In this document: in pieces, positions 1 through 8,700 of the stretch
How the letters are laid out: each line of letters starts with the position of its first letter
Numbering within the stretch: the stretch's first letter is position 1
DNA from: a virus
Lineage: Duplodnaviria > Caudoviricetes
IMG/VR virus record: IMGVR_UViG_3300031754_000005
Location: 1 to 58,765 of that record
Reading direction: 5' to 3' (one strand)
DNA: 58,765 bases
Translations under genes and position numbers: made by a program
The notes under the pieces: model-generated
Told to the model about the DNA's origin: nothing
The model's input: only the letters and a program-made list of their open reading frames with translations
Database searches by the model: none

Positions 1-139
1 CCGCCACCAAAACGCGGCGCGCGACGGTGCCGATCAACGGCGTACTGCTGGCCGAGCTGCGCCTCGGGCGGTATGCGGAAGTGGAGGACGGTAGAGGCGA
101 GGGGGTGCACGTCGTCGAATTCCGAGGACGCCCGGTGCG
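1..139. repeat. Terminal direct repeat copy 1 (circular assembly overlap)
   Basis: 1-139 matches 58627-58765 except positions 11 and 13 (AAC vs TAA). Confidence 0.95.
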
Positions 140-401
140 TTCGATCAAGACGGCGTTCGCCGCCGCCTGCCGGCGAGCCGGAATCGCGAACAGCTCGCCC
201 CACACGCTGCGCCACAGCGCGGCCACGCACATGGTCATGGCCGGGGTGCCGCTGGCGGAGATCGCGCGGATGCTCGGCGACAGCGAGGCGATGGTCGAGC
301 GTGTCTACGGAAAATGGGCGCCGGACTATCTGCGCCGCGCGGCCGAGGCGCTGGCCGGGGATACGCGACCGCGGCTGATTTCTGATAGGGAGGAGGGATG
401 A
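1..401 (+). CDS. int: Tyrosine integrase, C-terminal part (continues from 57963 across the junction)
   Basis: SPHTLRH box II, MLGD in place of LGH, catalytic Tyr in RVYG; frame continuous with the end of the contig. Confidence 0.93.
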   Translation, partial: ATKTRRATVPINGVLLAELRLGRYAEVEDGRGEGVHVVEFRGRPVRSIKTAFAAACRRAGIANSSPHTLRHSAATHMVMAGVPLAEIARMLGDSEAMVERVYGKWAPDYLRRAAEALAGDTRPRLISDREEG

Positions 402-481
402 GAGATGGGCCGGCCAAAATTAGCGGCCGCGCCGAACTCTCCGACCGCACCGAGCCGGAATTTCTCGGACCTGTGTAGGGA

Positions 482-510
482 TTCACGTACAAAGAGTTCT
501 ATGCCATATT
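482..510 (+). promoter_or_regulatory. Sigma70-like promoter
   Basis: TTCACG-N17-CATATT with extended -10 TG; points into a structured non-coding region. Confidence 0.5.
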
Positions 511-608
511 CCCCGCCGTGGCGGGGCCTAGACTAATCTCCGGGTCGCTTGCCACACGACGCACCTCCGTTCTGTTGTCCGTTGTCGGCGGAACTGGGTT
601 GCGAGAAC

Positions 609-678
609 GGGTGGACGTGGAGGGACTTGCACCCTCGGGGTATCCAGTTGACGGCCCGACCCCGCGCTTGCCACGCCC
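609..678 (-). ncRNA. Compact tRNA-like element with alanine identity (G3.U70, A73), no D-stem
   Basis: Acceptor GGGCGTG/CACGTCC+A, T-arm GAGGG-TGCAAGT-CCCTC, central stem GGGGT/ACCCC; ends CCC not CCA. Confidence 0.55.
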
Positions 679-717
679 ATAGAGCTAAAGGCTCAGCGGC
701 AACTCGCCGTTAGCCTT

Positions 718-754
718 CGGAGCGCCGAGCAGTTCACCGCTGCTCGGCGCTTCG
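718..754. terminator. Strong hairpin, possible terminator
   Basis: GCGCCGAGCAG-TTCACCG-CTGCTCGGCGC 11-bp perfect stem, extendable with G.U; no clear U-tract. Confidence 0.5.
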
Positions 755-938
755 TTCGTCACCCCTTCATTCTGGGCTAGCGACCAATTTCCTGCCCCAT
801 GCTTGACCAATAGCTGATTATGATCAGACAGGAAGGCGGCCAGCGTCCGGAGAAATGAGCGTCTTGCACACCGCAGAACGACGTTTTGGCGGTACTGCAC
901 GACCCTCCAGAATACTGTTCGATATGGGCAAGCGGTGT

Positions 939-984
939 CCTCCGAAGGCAGAGGTCGAAGGTTCGAATCCTTTCGGGTCCGCCA
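939..984 (+). other. attP: attP core: 3' half of tRNA-Arg(CCG)
   Basis: CT-CCG-AA anticodon loop, GAAGG-TTCGAAT-CCTTT T-arm and GCCA end with no 5' half; 540 bp downstream of int. Confidence 0.88.
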
Positions 985-1136
985 TTGTTTCCCGCCATTT
1001 TCTGGCGTAAAGCTGCCGCCGGCAGCGAGGGGTTTCTCCGACAGTGTAAGAGAAACCCGCCGGACGACACCCCCCACATGCTGCATCGGAGGGCGCCGCG
1101 GTTACCAGCGCGCCCACTAAGTGGGGAGAGGCTGCG

Positions 1137-1930
1137 ATAACCCGGCCGCTTGCGATCGACCTCTATTGTGGGCTTGGCGGCTGGTCCGAGGGCTTGCTTG
1201 CCGAGGGGTGGGATTGCGTCGGCTTCGACATCGAGCGGCACGAGTATGGCGGGTGCCGCTACCCGGCGCAGCTTGTGTTGCAGGACGTGCTGACGCTGCA
1301 CGGGTCGCAGTTTCGGGACGCGGCGTTGATCGTCGCCTCGCCGCCATGCCAGGAATACAGCTACATGGCGATGCCGTGGAAGCTGGCAAAGGCGAAGGCT
1401 GCGGCGATCCGTGCGGACACGACGGGGGAGATGCTGCGGATCTCAACCGGCTGTTCGATGCGTGCTTTCGCATCCAAGCGCAAGCCTCGCTCGCGGCGGG
1501 GCGGCACATTCCTATGGTGGTGGAGAACGTGCGGGGCGCGCAGCCGTGGGTCGGGCGCAGCCGCTGGGCGTTCGGGAGCTATCACCTGTGGGGCGACGTG
1601 CCGGCGCTGATGCCGCCTGTAGGTGTGCGCAAACTGTCGCCGGCTCTGCATCTTGGGGGCGGCAACAGCTTTATTGCGCATGGCCGCGAGGCGGCCCGCC
1701 ATGATGCTCGCCATGCTGAACGTCGCGAAGCCGAAATAACCTCTGACCGGTCGTTTCAAACCCAATCGGTCAAGATCAGCGGTGGCGGGGCGGACGGCTG
1801 GTTCGGCGACAACGACCATCCGCTGCGCCAGCACACGCGCGGGCACCCGGCCAGGAAGGCCGCGAGCGCGCTGATCGCCAAAATCCCACTGCAGCTCGCC
1901 CGGCATGTAGCGCGGGTGTATTGGTCATGA
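1137..1930 (+). pseudogene. C5-cytosine DNA methyltransferase-like gene, frameshifted near 1436, ATA at the expected start
   Basis: DLYCGLGG (motif I) and SPPCQ (IV) in one frame, VVENV (VI) in the -1 frame; RBS-like GGGGAGAGG before ATA 1137. Confidence 0.78.
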
Positions 1931-1944
1931 AAAAGGAGCGAGCC

Positions 1945-2349
1945 ATGCGCACCAGGATTTTCCCGGCGCTCGCCACCGGCGGCACCCTCTTTAACGCCGC
2001 CGCGGCCGGCCTCTTGCTGATGACCGCCGCCTGCAACCTCGCGCAGCAGACCGGGCTCGTGCTCTCGCCAGCCGATCTGGCGGCGCTGCGCGACACCTGC
2101 GCCGCCGCGGCGCCGGCGTTGAGGGTGGCGACAAATCCCGCGGCGCCCGCGCCGCTCAGCGCCACCGCCGTCTATCCCGCGGCATTCTGCCAGCAGCTGC
2201 TCGCCGGCGCCGTGCCGCCGACGACAAATTCATCCTCGCCCGCGTGGCTCGGCCAGACGCTCGCGATCACCCAGGACATTGCGACCGCCGCCGGCGTCAT
2301 CTTGCCGATCGCGCTAAAGGTGTTGCCGCTGGTGGCGGCGGTGCTGTAG
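1945..2349 (+). CDS. Putative lipoprotein with C-terminal hydrophobic segment
   Basis: AAGGAG RBS; basic N-terminus, hydrophobic stretch ending MTAAC; hydrophobic C-terminus. Confidence 0.65.
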   Translation: MRTRIFPALATGGTLFNAAAAGLLLMTAACNLAQQTGLVLSPADLAALRDTCAAAAPALRVATNPAAPAPLSATAVYPAAFCQQLLAGAVPPTTNSSSPAWLGQTLAITQDIATAAGVILPIALKVLPLVAAVL

Positions 2350-2359
2350 GGGGCGGGAA

Positions 2360-2794
2360 ATGCCGCTCGATGACACGACGTGGACGCCAATCGAAATCGA
2401 GGCGCGGTCCCAACAATTGGGTTGGCTGGACCCTATTGGCCGCGCGCTAACTCGCGCTCGCGACCTGGAAATGAAGTTCTGGGGCCGCGGTAGTTTGCGT
2501 ACGGGAACCGGCATTTGCGCCCTTCACGCCATCCAACGTTCCACGGGCAGCCCTCATCCCTACGGCCTGCCGAATGCCGATTTGATTTGGCGCTGGAACG
2601 ATCGACAGAAAGAGAACCGGGAGATTCTTGCCGCCTTTGACGCGGCGATCGCCGATCCCTGCCGCCGGCGTTGGCGATTTACTCGCGAGGGGATCGCCGA
2701 CGAATGCGCCATTGCGCTGGCAACGCAGATCGTCGAAGCCGATCGGCGGGCGCACAAAAAAAGCGCCGGCCGGGATGACCCGACCGGCGCATGA
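2360..2794 (+). CDS. Phage hypothetical protein (C-x-x-x-AI ... WND family)
   Basis: ICALHAI ... WRWNDR ... EILAAFDAAI pattern typical of small phage proteins. Confidence 0.55.
   Translation: MPLDDTTWTPIEIEARSQQLGWLDPIGRALTRARDLEMKFWGRGSLRTGTGICALHAIQRSTGSPHPYGLPNADLIWRWNDRQKENREILAAFDAAIADPCRRRWRFTREGIADECAIALATQIVEADRRAHKKSAGRDDPTGA
2756..2790 (-). terminator. Rho-independent terminator
   Basis: Minus strand GCGCCGGTCGGG-TCAT-CCCGGCCGGCGC followed by T7. Confidence 0.7.
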
Positions 2795-2836
2795 AGTGGG
2801 GGGTAGAAAAGCCGGAACTCAATCGGTCTTTCAACC

Positions 2837-3307
2837 ATGGAGAAGAGAATGCCCGAGATCAACGCGAATTTTATCGCCAAGGCCTACGAGCTGACCGCGA
2901 TCGCCTACAGTGACAACATCGAGTGCCCACCGCTTCAGGCGCTGAACGAGTGGGTGATGCGGCAGCGGGCCGGCACGACCCCCGCCACCGGCAATTTCGA
3001 TGACGCGGTGTTGGCCGCGGTGCAATCCTCGCCCGATGGCGTCGGGATCGAGGATCTGCGCTCGATCCTGGCGACCTACAAAAAGCCGGCAAACCAGATC
3101 GGCGCGGCGCTCGCCCGCCTCGTCAAAAAGGAACTCCTCGCGGTCGCCGGTAGCGAGGCGGCGCAGATCTGGACCTTCAAGACCGCGCCGGCAGCGGCCG
3201 GCACGACCCAGCCTCGGACGCGCACCGCTTCCGGCAACGGTGCCGGGCGGACGCGCGGCCGGCCACGCAATCAACCGGCAGCCGGGCAGGCCGCGGCGGC
3301 GGAGTGA
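2837..3307 (+). CDS. Hypothetical protein, possible winged-helix DNA-binding protein with basic tail
   Basis: Plausible protein composition; GIEDL...QIGAALARLVK helix pattern; RGRPR tail. Confidence 0.6.
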   Translation: MEKRMPEINANFIAKAYELTAIAYSDNIECPPLQALNEWVMRQRAGTTPATGNFDDAVLAAVQSSPDGVGIEDLRSILATYKKPANQIGAALARLVKKELLAVAGSEAAQIWTFKTAPAAAGTTQPRTRTASGNGAGRTRGRPRNQPAAGQAAAAE

Positions 3308-3310
3308 GCC

Positions 3311-3622
3311 ATGGCGGACGAAGCGGCTGTCGAAGCTGAAATCCAGGCGAAGGGGCTCAATGCCCCTCGCCTCAACCCCGCGCAGATCGATGCGCAGATC
3401 CTGGCCGAGCAATATCACGTCTTCCCCGGCACGACGCTGACCGTTTGCGCGCTGACCCTGCAGAACGGCTTTCAGGTCGTCGGCAAGAGCGCGTCGGCGA
3501 GCCCGGAGAATTTTGACGCCGAGCTCGGCCGGACAATCGCCCGCGAAGACGCCCGCCGGCAGATTTGGGTGTTGGAGGGCTACGCTTTGCGCTCGCGGCT
3601 CGCCGCGGGTTCGGCCGCATGA
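3311..3622 (+). CDS. N4 Gp49 / Sf6 gp66 family protein
   Basis: TLTVCALTLQNGFQVVG-SA-ASPENFDAELG-IA ... IW-LEGY signature. Confidence 0.85.
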   Translation: MADEAAVEAEIQAKGLNAPRLNPAQIDAQILAEQYHVFPGTTLTVCALTLQNGFQVVGKSASASPENFDAELGRTIAREDARRQIWVLEGYALRSRLAAGSAA

Positions 3623-3897
3623 CCGCGCCGGCCTGGACCGACCGGCTGCCGCGCTACCATGCGCTGCGGCCGGTGCGGGCGGCGCCGATCGCCGCCTTTG
3701 TCGACATCACGGCCGAGGGCGATGAAGTGCTGCGCCTCGCTCTCGGGCCAGAAAGGAGCGTCAAGGTGGTGGTGCCGGCTGCCGTCTTCGACGACGGCCG
3801 CGCCAAGATCGGCGACTATCTCATCGTCGACGATGAGGGTGAGGTGTCGTGGATGCCGGCCGGCGCGTTCGCGCTCGATCACCGGCGGGAGCCCTGA
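3619..3897 (+). CDS. Small phage protein (V-A-x-I ... GDYL ... S-x-x-P-x-x-x-F family)
   Basis: ATGA overlap with upstream gene; motif shared with 32553-32861. Confidence 0.7.
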   Translation: MTAPAWTDRLPRYHALRPVRAAPIAAFVDITAEGDEVLRLALGPERSVKVVVPAAVFDDGRAKIGDYLIVDDEGEVSWMPAGAFALDHRREP

Positions 3898-3907
3898 GGG
3901 ATGCGGC

Positions 3908-4069
3908 TCAGGCGGCCCTCGGCGACGGGCGGCTGCTGGTCGCCTCCAGCGCAGCAACGCACTCATCGCGGCATCGGCGCATTTGGGCGAGATTTTCGTC
4001 GGTGGGGTCGGCCTGGCAGCGCAAAATCGCCGCCCGAAAACGCTCCCAGGCCCGCTGCTCAGCCGTCAT
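3908..4069 (-). CDS. 53-aa hypothetical protein (not in ORF track)
   Basis: AAGGAG RBS then MTAEQRAWERFRAAILRCQADPTDENLAQ..., TGA at 3908. Confidence 0.55.
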   Translation of the reverse strand: MTAEQRAWERFRAAILRCQADPTDENLAQMRRCRDECVAALEATSSRPSPRAA

Positions 4070-4168
4070 TAAGGCTCCTTCCCCGCCGTTGACGATGCGC
4101 CGCAGATGGAGTCGGCGGCGCGATTATCAAGCTGACGGTCAAATGGCGGTCAAATGGCGGTCAGCCCC

Positions 4169-4396
4169 TCAGCCATCGGGCGGGTTTGGCTGGCCGAAGA
4201 AATGCACCAGCAGAAAGACGCAGCTGGCGCAGACGAGCGGCGCCAAAGGGCGCCACGACGCCCAGCGGCGGATTGTGTCGGATAGCGTGTAGGCGCCGCC
4301 GCCCTGGTCAAAGACAATCGAGGTCGCCTCCAGCGCGACGAACGACAGGGCGACCGCAAAGAGCCACCACCACCAGATCCGGCGCCAGCGTTGCAT
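4169..4396 (-). CDS. Small two-TM membrane protein (holin-like)
   Basis: MQRWRRIWWWWLFAVALSFVAL ... LAPLVCASCVFLLVHFF. Confidence 0.6.
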   Translation of the reverse strand: MQRWRRIWWWWLFAVALSFVALEATSIVFDQGGGAYTLSDTIRRWASWRPLAPLVCASCVFLLVHFFGQPNPPDG

Positions 4397-4529
4397 CGGC
4401 CGATCATCCTTCGAAGAGCCAAAAGCCGAGCCGCAGCAGCCGCAAGGACCAGAGCCGCGCCCGCAGGTGCCGCACCAGGTTGCGCCGCTGGACCCCGCGG
4501 ATTTTGCCGGCCAGCGGCACCCCTCCTCT

Positions 4530-5030
4530 TTACGAGATGATCGCCCGCGCCGGCACGGTTGCCGGCACCGGTTCGAGCGGCGCTGCGACCGCGGTTGTCG
4601 CATTGCCGCTGACCGCGAGGTTGGTGGCGATCGCCGCCAGCCCGATCTGCGCCTCGATCTTGTCGGCGACCGCCCCTGGCGTAATGCCGAAGCGATCGAG
4701 CGCTTCCGGCGCGTGGTCGGCGACGTACTGCACGCCGACCGCCAGCGCGGGCGGCAGGCTCGGGTGCAAGGCCGCCGCGTGGTCGAGCTGCGCGTCGGTC
4801 GCCTGCTGGATCTTGCCGAGGCTGTTCCTGACCGCGGCGTCGAGCAGATCGCGGGTTTCCTTGTTCTTGATCTTGGCCTGGAGCATCGCCAGCGCGAGCG
4901 CGCCAAAGACGCTGAAGGCGCCGCCCACCGCCGCCGTGGCGATGCCGGTCAGATCGACCGTGACGCCGGCGGCCAATGCCGGCCCGGCGGCGACCAGAAG
5001 CGGCAGCGCCGGCAATATTCGGGACCTCAT
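4530..5030 (-). CDS. Membrane protein, holin-like, with signal-like N-terminus
   Basis: MRSRILPALPLLVAAGPALA, a second hydrophobic helix, and YV-x-x-x-APEAL-x-x-FG pattern seen in phage lysis regions. Confidence 0.6.
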   Translation of the reverse strand: MRSRILPALPLLVAAGPALAAGVTVDLTGIATAAVGGAFSVFGALALAMLQAKIKNKETRDLLDAAVRNSLGKIQQATDAQLDHAAALHPSLPPALAVGVQYVADHAPEALDRFGITPGAVADKIEAQIGLAAIATNLAVSGNATTAVAAPLEPVPATVPARAIIS

Positions 5031-5284
5031 TGTTGCTTTCCCTCTTCCAAGCAGGCCCGCATCCGGCGCGCCAGCAATTCGGCGGCCCGGTGCATCTCCT
5101 GCGCGCCGAGCCCCCACAAGAGCCCGGCGTGCGGGTTGAGATCGTCCCGGCCGGTCATCGGATCGGCGGCCACCTCGCGGCATTGCCGCGCCAGGTCGGC
5201 GAGGAACGCCGCCAGCTCGTTCGGCTCGACCAGCGAAGCGAGCTCCACCCGCCCAGCCCAGCGGGGCCGGTTTTCGCGCATCAC
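5027..5284 (-). CDS. Hypothetical protein
   Basis: Start/stop overlaps with both neighbours. Confidence 0.55.
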   Translation of the reverse strand: MMRENRPRWAGRVELASLVEPNELAAFLADLARQCREVAADPMTGRDDLNPHAGLLWGLGAQEMHRAAELLARRMRACLEEGKQQ

Positions 5285-5718
5285 TTTTTTTCCGGTTCGA
5301 TAGTCGCCCGGGCTAGATCAGTTTCGGCGATGATGACCTTGCGTTCTGCCTGGGCGACCATTGCCTGAGCCTTCAGGGTCGCCGCCAGTTCGCCTTCCGC
5401 GCGCGCGGCTTCCTCCAGCCGGGTCTGATTGCTGTTGCCCTGGATCTCGATCTTGTGCATGTCGTCCGCCATGGCCTGCAATACTGCGGTGTGTTCGACC
5501 GCCTTTTCGATGATGATCTCAGCCGCGGCGCGCCCTGAATCGGCCGCCCTGATGCTCATCTGGGTGGCGATCGCCACCTCTTTGGTCGCCGCCGCCAGCG
5601 TCTTCGCGGTGCGCCGATCGCTGCGCCATTGCCGATAGATCCCAAACAAGACCCCGGCGGCGATGACCCCTTCCGGGCCGAACCAGGCGCGCGTCAGCTC
5701 GCCCATCTCAATCATCAT
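5281..5718 (-). CDS. Single-TM coiled-coil protein (holin-like); start uncertain
   Basis: GVIAAGVLFGIY helix then heptad-rich region; first gene after the ejection proteins. Confidence 0.55.
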   Translation of the reverse strand: MMIEMGELTRAWFGPEGVIAAGVLFGIYRQWRSDRRTAKTLAAATKEVAIATQMSIRAADSGRAAAEIIIEKAVEHTAVLQAMADDMHKIEIQGNSNQTRLEEAARAEGELAATLKAQAMVAQAERKVIIAETDLARATIEPEKK

Positions 5719-5793
5719 GCGATTCACTACCCGGACATGAAAAACGCGGCCCGCGGGCCGCCCTGTAGGCGTCAAAAAAGCGTCGTTGCTGCG

Positions 5794-8700
5794 TCAGTGG
5801 ACCGTCGAGCCGGCCGCCGGCTGCTCTTTCAGCATCTCGCGCACCTTCTGGGGCGAGGCGCCTTCGGCCTGCGCTTTCTTCGCCGCGACCGCGCTATCGA
5901 TGATGCCGTGGTTGTGCATCATGATGAGGGTGCGGCCATATTCGCGCGCCGTCGTGATGACCTTGCCGATGATCTCGCGCTGTGCCGCTTCCGGCATCTG
6001 GGCAAAGCCCGGTTTGCCGATGATCTGGTCGAGCTGCATCTTGGCGGTGCGCCCGGCGACCCGGGAATAATCGGCATATTGCTGGTCGGTCAGTTCGACG
6101 CCGCGGATGCGCCGCTCCGGCAGGCTGGGATAGATCCCGAGCGCGTCGAGCCGCTGCTCGACGGGATCGTCGCGGGCATGCTCGTAATAGGTCCCGGCCC
6201 AGCCGCGGTTCATGACCGGCTGGCCCCAGACATCAAAGCGCGGCTGCAATTCTTCCGAGATGACCGGCAGCTTTGCCAGGATCGCGTCCATCGTCGTGCG
6301 CGCCTGGCGGGAATAGGGGTCGACCTGCCGCGCGATCTGCCCGAGCCCGACCGAAAACGGCACGGCCGACGACAGAAATCCGCGCACCCAGCGCGCGCCG
6401 TAGCGGTCAGGGTCCTCGATCGCCTGCATCATCTCGGCGGGTCCGCGCGCAAAACTCTCATCGATGATGTTCTGCGCAAAGGCGTGCGCCAGCTCGCTCG
6501 CAATCTTGGTCGCATCGTCGCTGCCGATGTGCTCCGCCGCGTATGCGAGGTCGGCCGCGACGCTCATCTGCAAGCCCATATTGCCGAGCCGCAGCACGTC
6601 GAACGAAAGTTCGCCCACCCGCAGCCCGTGCGGCATGCCGTTGCGCCGGCGCCACGCCATCGCTTCCCTCGGGTCGCTCGGCCCCGAATGGTTCATGATG
6701 CCTTCGATCGCGAGCCCGCCCGCTGCGGCCATAAAGAGCGTCCCGGCGATCAGTTTGCCGGCGGTGCGGTCAAAGGCGACGCCGCCGTTTTTCATCGAGA
6801 GATCGTCGCGGATGCTTTGCGAGAAGAGCGCAAAGGGCGTGTTGCGGCCAAACGCCGCCTTCATCACGTTGGCCTGGATCTGCACAAAGGGGTCAATGAA
6901 CTTGACCGGGCGCAATGTCCCCATCGGGAAGCTGATGCCGCCGGGCAGCGGCACATCCGGCACCTTGACGCCCCAGTTGGTCAGGCGCGACAGCCGGCCC
7001 ATAAAGCTCTCGTAGCCGGGGCGCACCATCAAGGCGCCCATCCCGGCGTCAGTGCTGGCTTCCTTGATCATTTCTTCGGTCGGGTTGAGCGTCAGTTCGG
7101 CGACTCGGGCGGAAAACGCCGAACCTTCGAGTTGCTTGCTGACGGCGACGCGGAACGCCTGGCCCGAGATGCTCTGCGAATAAAAGGTCGTCCAGTTGAA
7201 GCTGTGCAGCGCTGCGACGACCCGCGACGGTGCCTCGATAACGCTGCCGACCGGCAGCGTGACAGGGCCGATCTGCGGATTGGGGATGATGCCGCCCTGC
7301 CCGACCGCCTGCCCGGCCAGCCCCGGCAAATTGGGCGAGCGCTCGACCTCGGCCGGCAATACCGTGCGATTTTCCTTCAGCGCCTGCCAGGCCGCCTTGA
7401 TGCCGCTGCGGGCGCCGCGATATTGCCCATAAAGCTGCGCCGGGACTTCGCCGATCCGCGCGCCCTCAGCCTCGCCCAGCCCGGCCACCCGGCGGATTGC
7501 CCCGACCATCGCTGCGGCGCTCGTCTCGCCGACGCCGCGGAAGAGACCGAACATCTCGCCCGCCGCGGTGTAGCCGAGATGGGTAAAGGGACCGCTGAGC
7601 AGCGCATTGAGAAAGAGGCTCTGCACCCAATCAAAGAGCCCCGGCCGCTGCGCGTCGCGGATGAACTTGCCGATCTGCCCCGGCTGGTCGAATTGCGCGA
7701 TCTTGCGCGCGAGCGATTGCATCTGGTTGAGCGTGCGCCCGGTCGAGTCGGTGACCGCCTGCTTCAGGATATCGGCCGTCGCCGCCGCCTCGCGCGACCA
7801 GTATTCCTGCGAGCGGCGGAAGGCGCGCAATGCCCGGCCCGCTTCGGCCGTCGCCTGCGAATAAAGCCCCTGGATCATGTCGTGGCGCAAAAAGGCTTCG
7901 GTCATCGCCACGATGTCGGCATCGGCCCCGCTTGCCGCCGCCTTGGTCGCTAGCTCGTGCACATGGCTGGCCGATTGCGCCAGCGTCTTTTCCAAGAGCT
8001 TGATTTCGGAGTCGGAAAAAGCTTCGCCGATCTCGCGCCCCAGCACCTTGTCGGGCGTCGTGCCGAGCACGGTTGCCAGCGCTTCCCGCTGCGCATCGCT
8101 GACGACACCGCGCCGGCGTTCGATAAACCCGCCCTGGCGTTCGGCTGCGGCGCGGATCGCATCCTTGAAATCGTCCGGCGTGTCGATGTTGTCGAGCCGG
8201 ATATTCCCGGCCTTGTCGACTAGTCGCTCGTCGGCGGGCGAGAGGAGGGCGGCGCCCCCTTCGGGAGCCGCACCAGCGCGCGCACCTGTTCGTCCTGGAG
8301 CCCCAGCGCCAGGTCCGCGTGGTCGTAGGCCCGTTTCGCCAGATCCCGGATCGGCTGCGGCAGGTCGGGGATTTCCAGCCATGCCTTGGCCTTCGCCCGC
8401 CCCAGCAGAAGCCGATGCCTCCTCGTGATAGCCACGTTCCAGATCCTCTTCGCTGCGCGGCACGCTAGCATAAACTTCGTCGGGCTCCCACGCTTCGCCG
8501 CGCGTTTCGAGCCATTCTTTGCCCCGCCGCTCAAGTTCATCGAGGGCGAATTCGTGGGCGGCATCCTGGCTGCCGATCTGCCGCGCCTGCTCTTCCAACG
8601 ACAGGTGCTCGCTCGCCAGCCGGAAGAAATCATCGCGGCTATACTGCCGCGGATCGATGCCGAGCGTCTGCCCGAGGCGGTCGATTTCGGCGTTGCGTTG

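Noticed and set aside
1-139. Biological T7-like terminal repeat
   Set aside because: Falls mid-integrase; consistent with assembler circular overlap
609-678. Complete tmRNA gene
   Set aside because: No tag reading frame or pseudoknot region between the acceptor strands; kept only as a tRNA-like element
900-984. Functional tRNA-Arg gene
   Set aside because: 5' acceptor strand and D-arm are missing; better explained as attP
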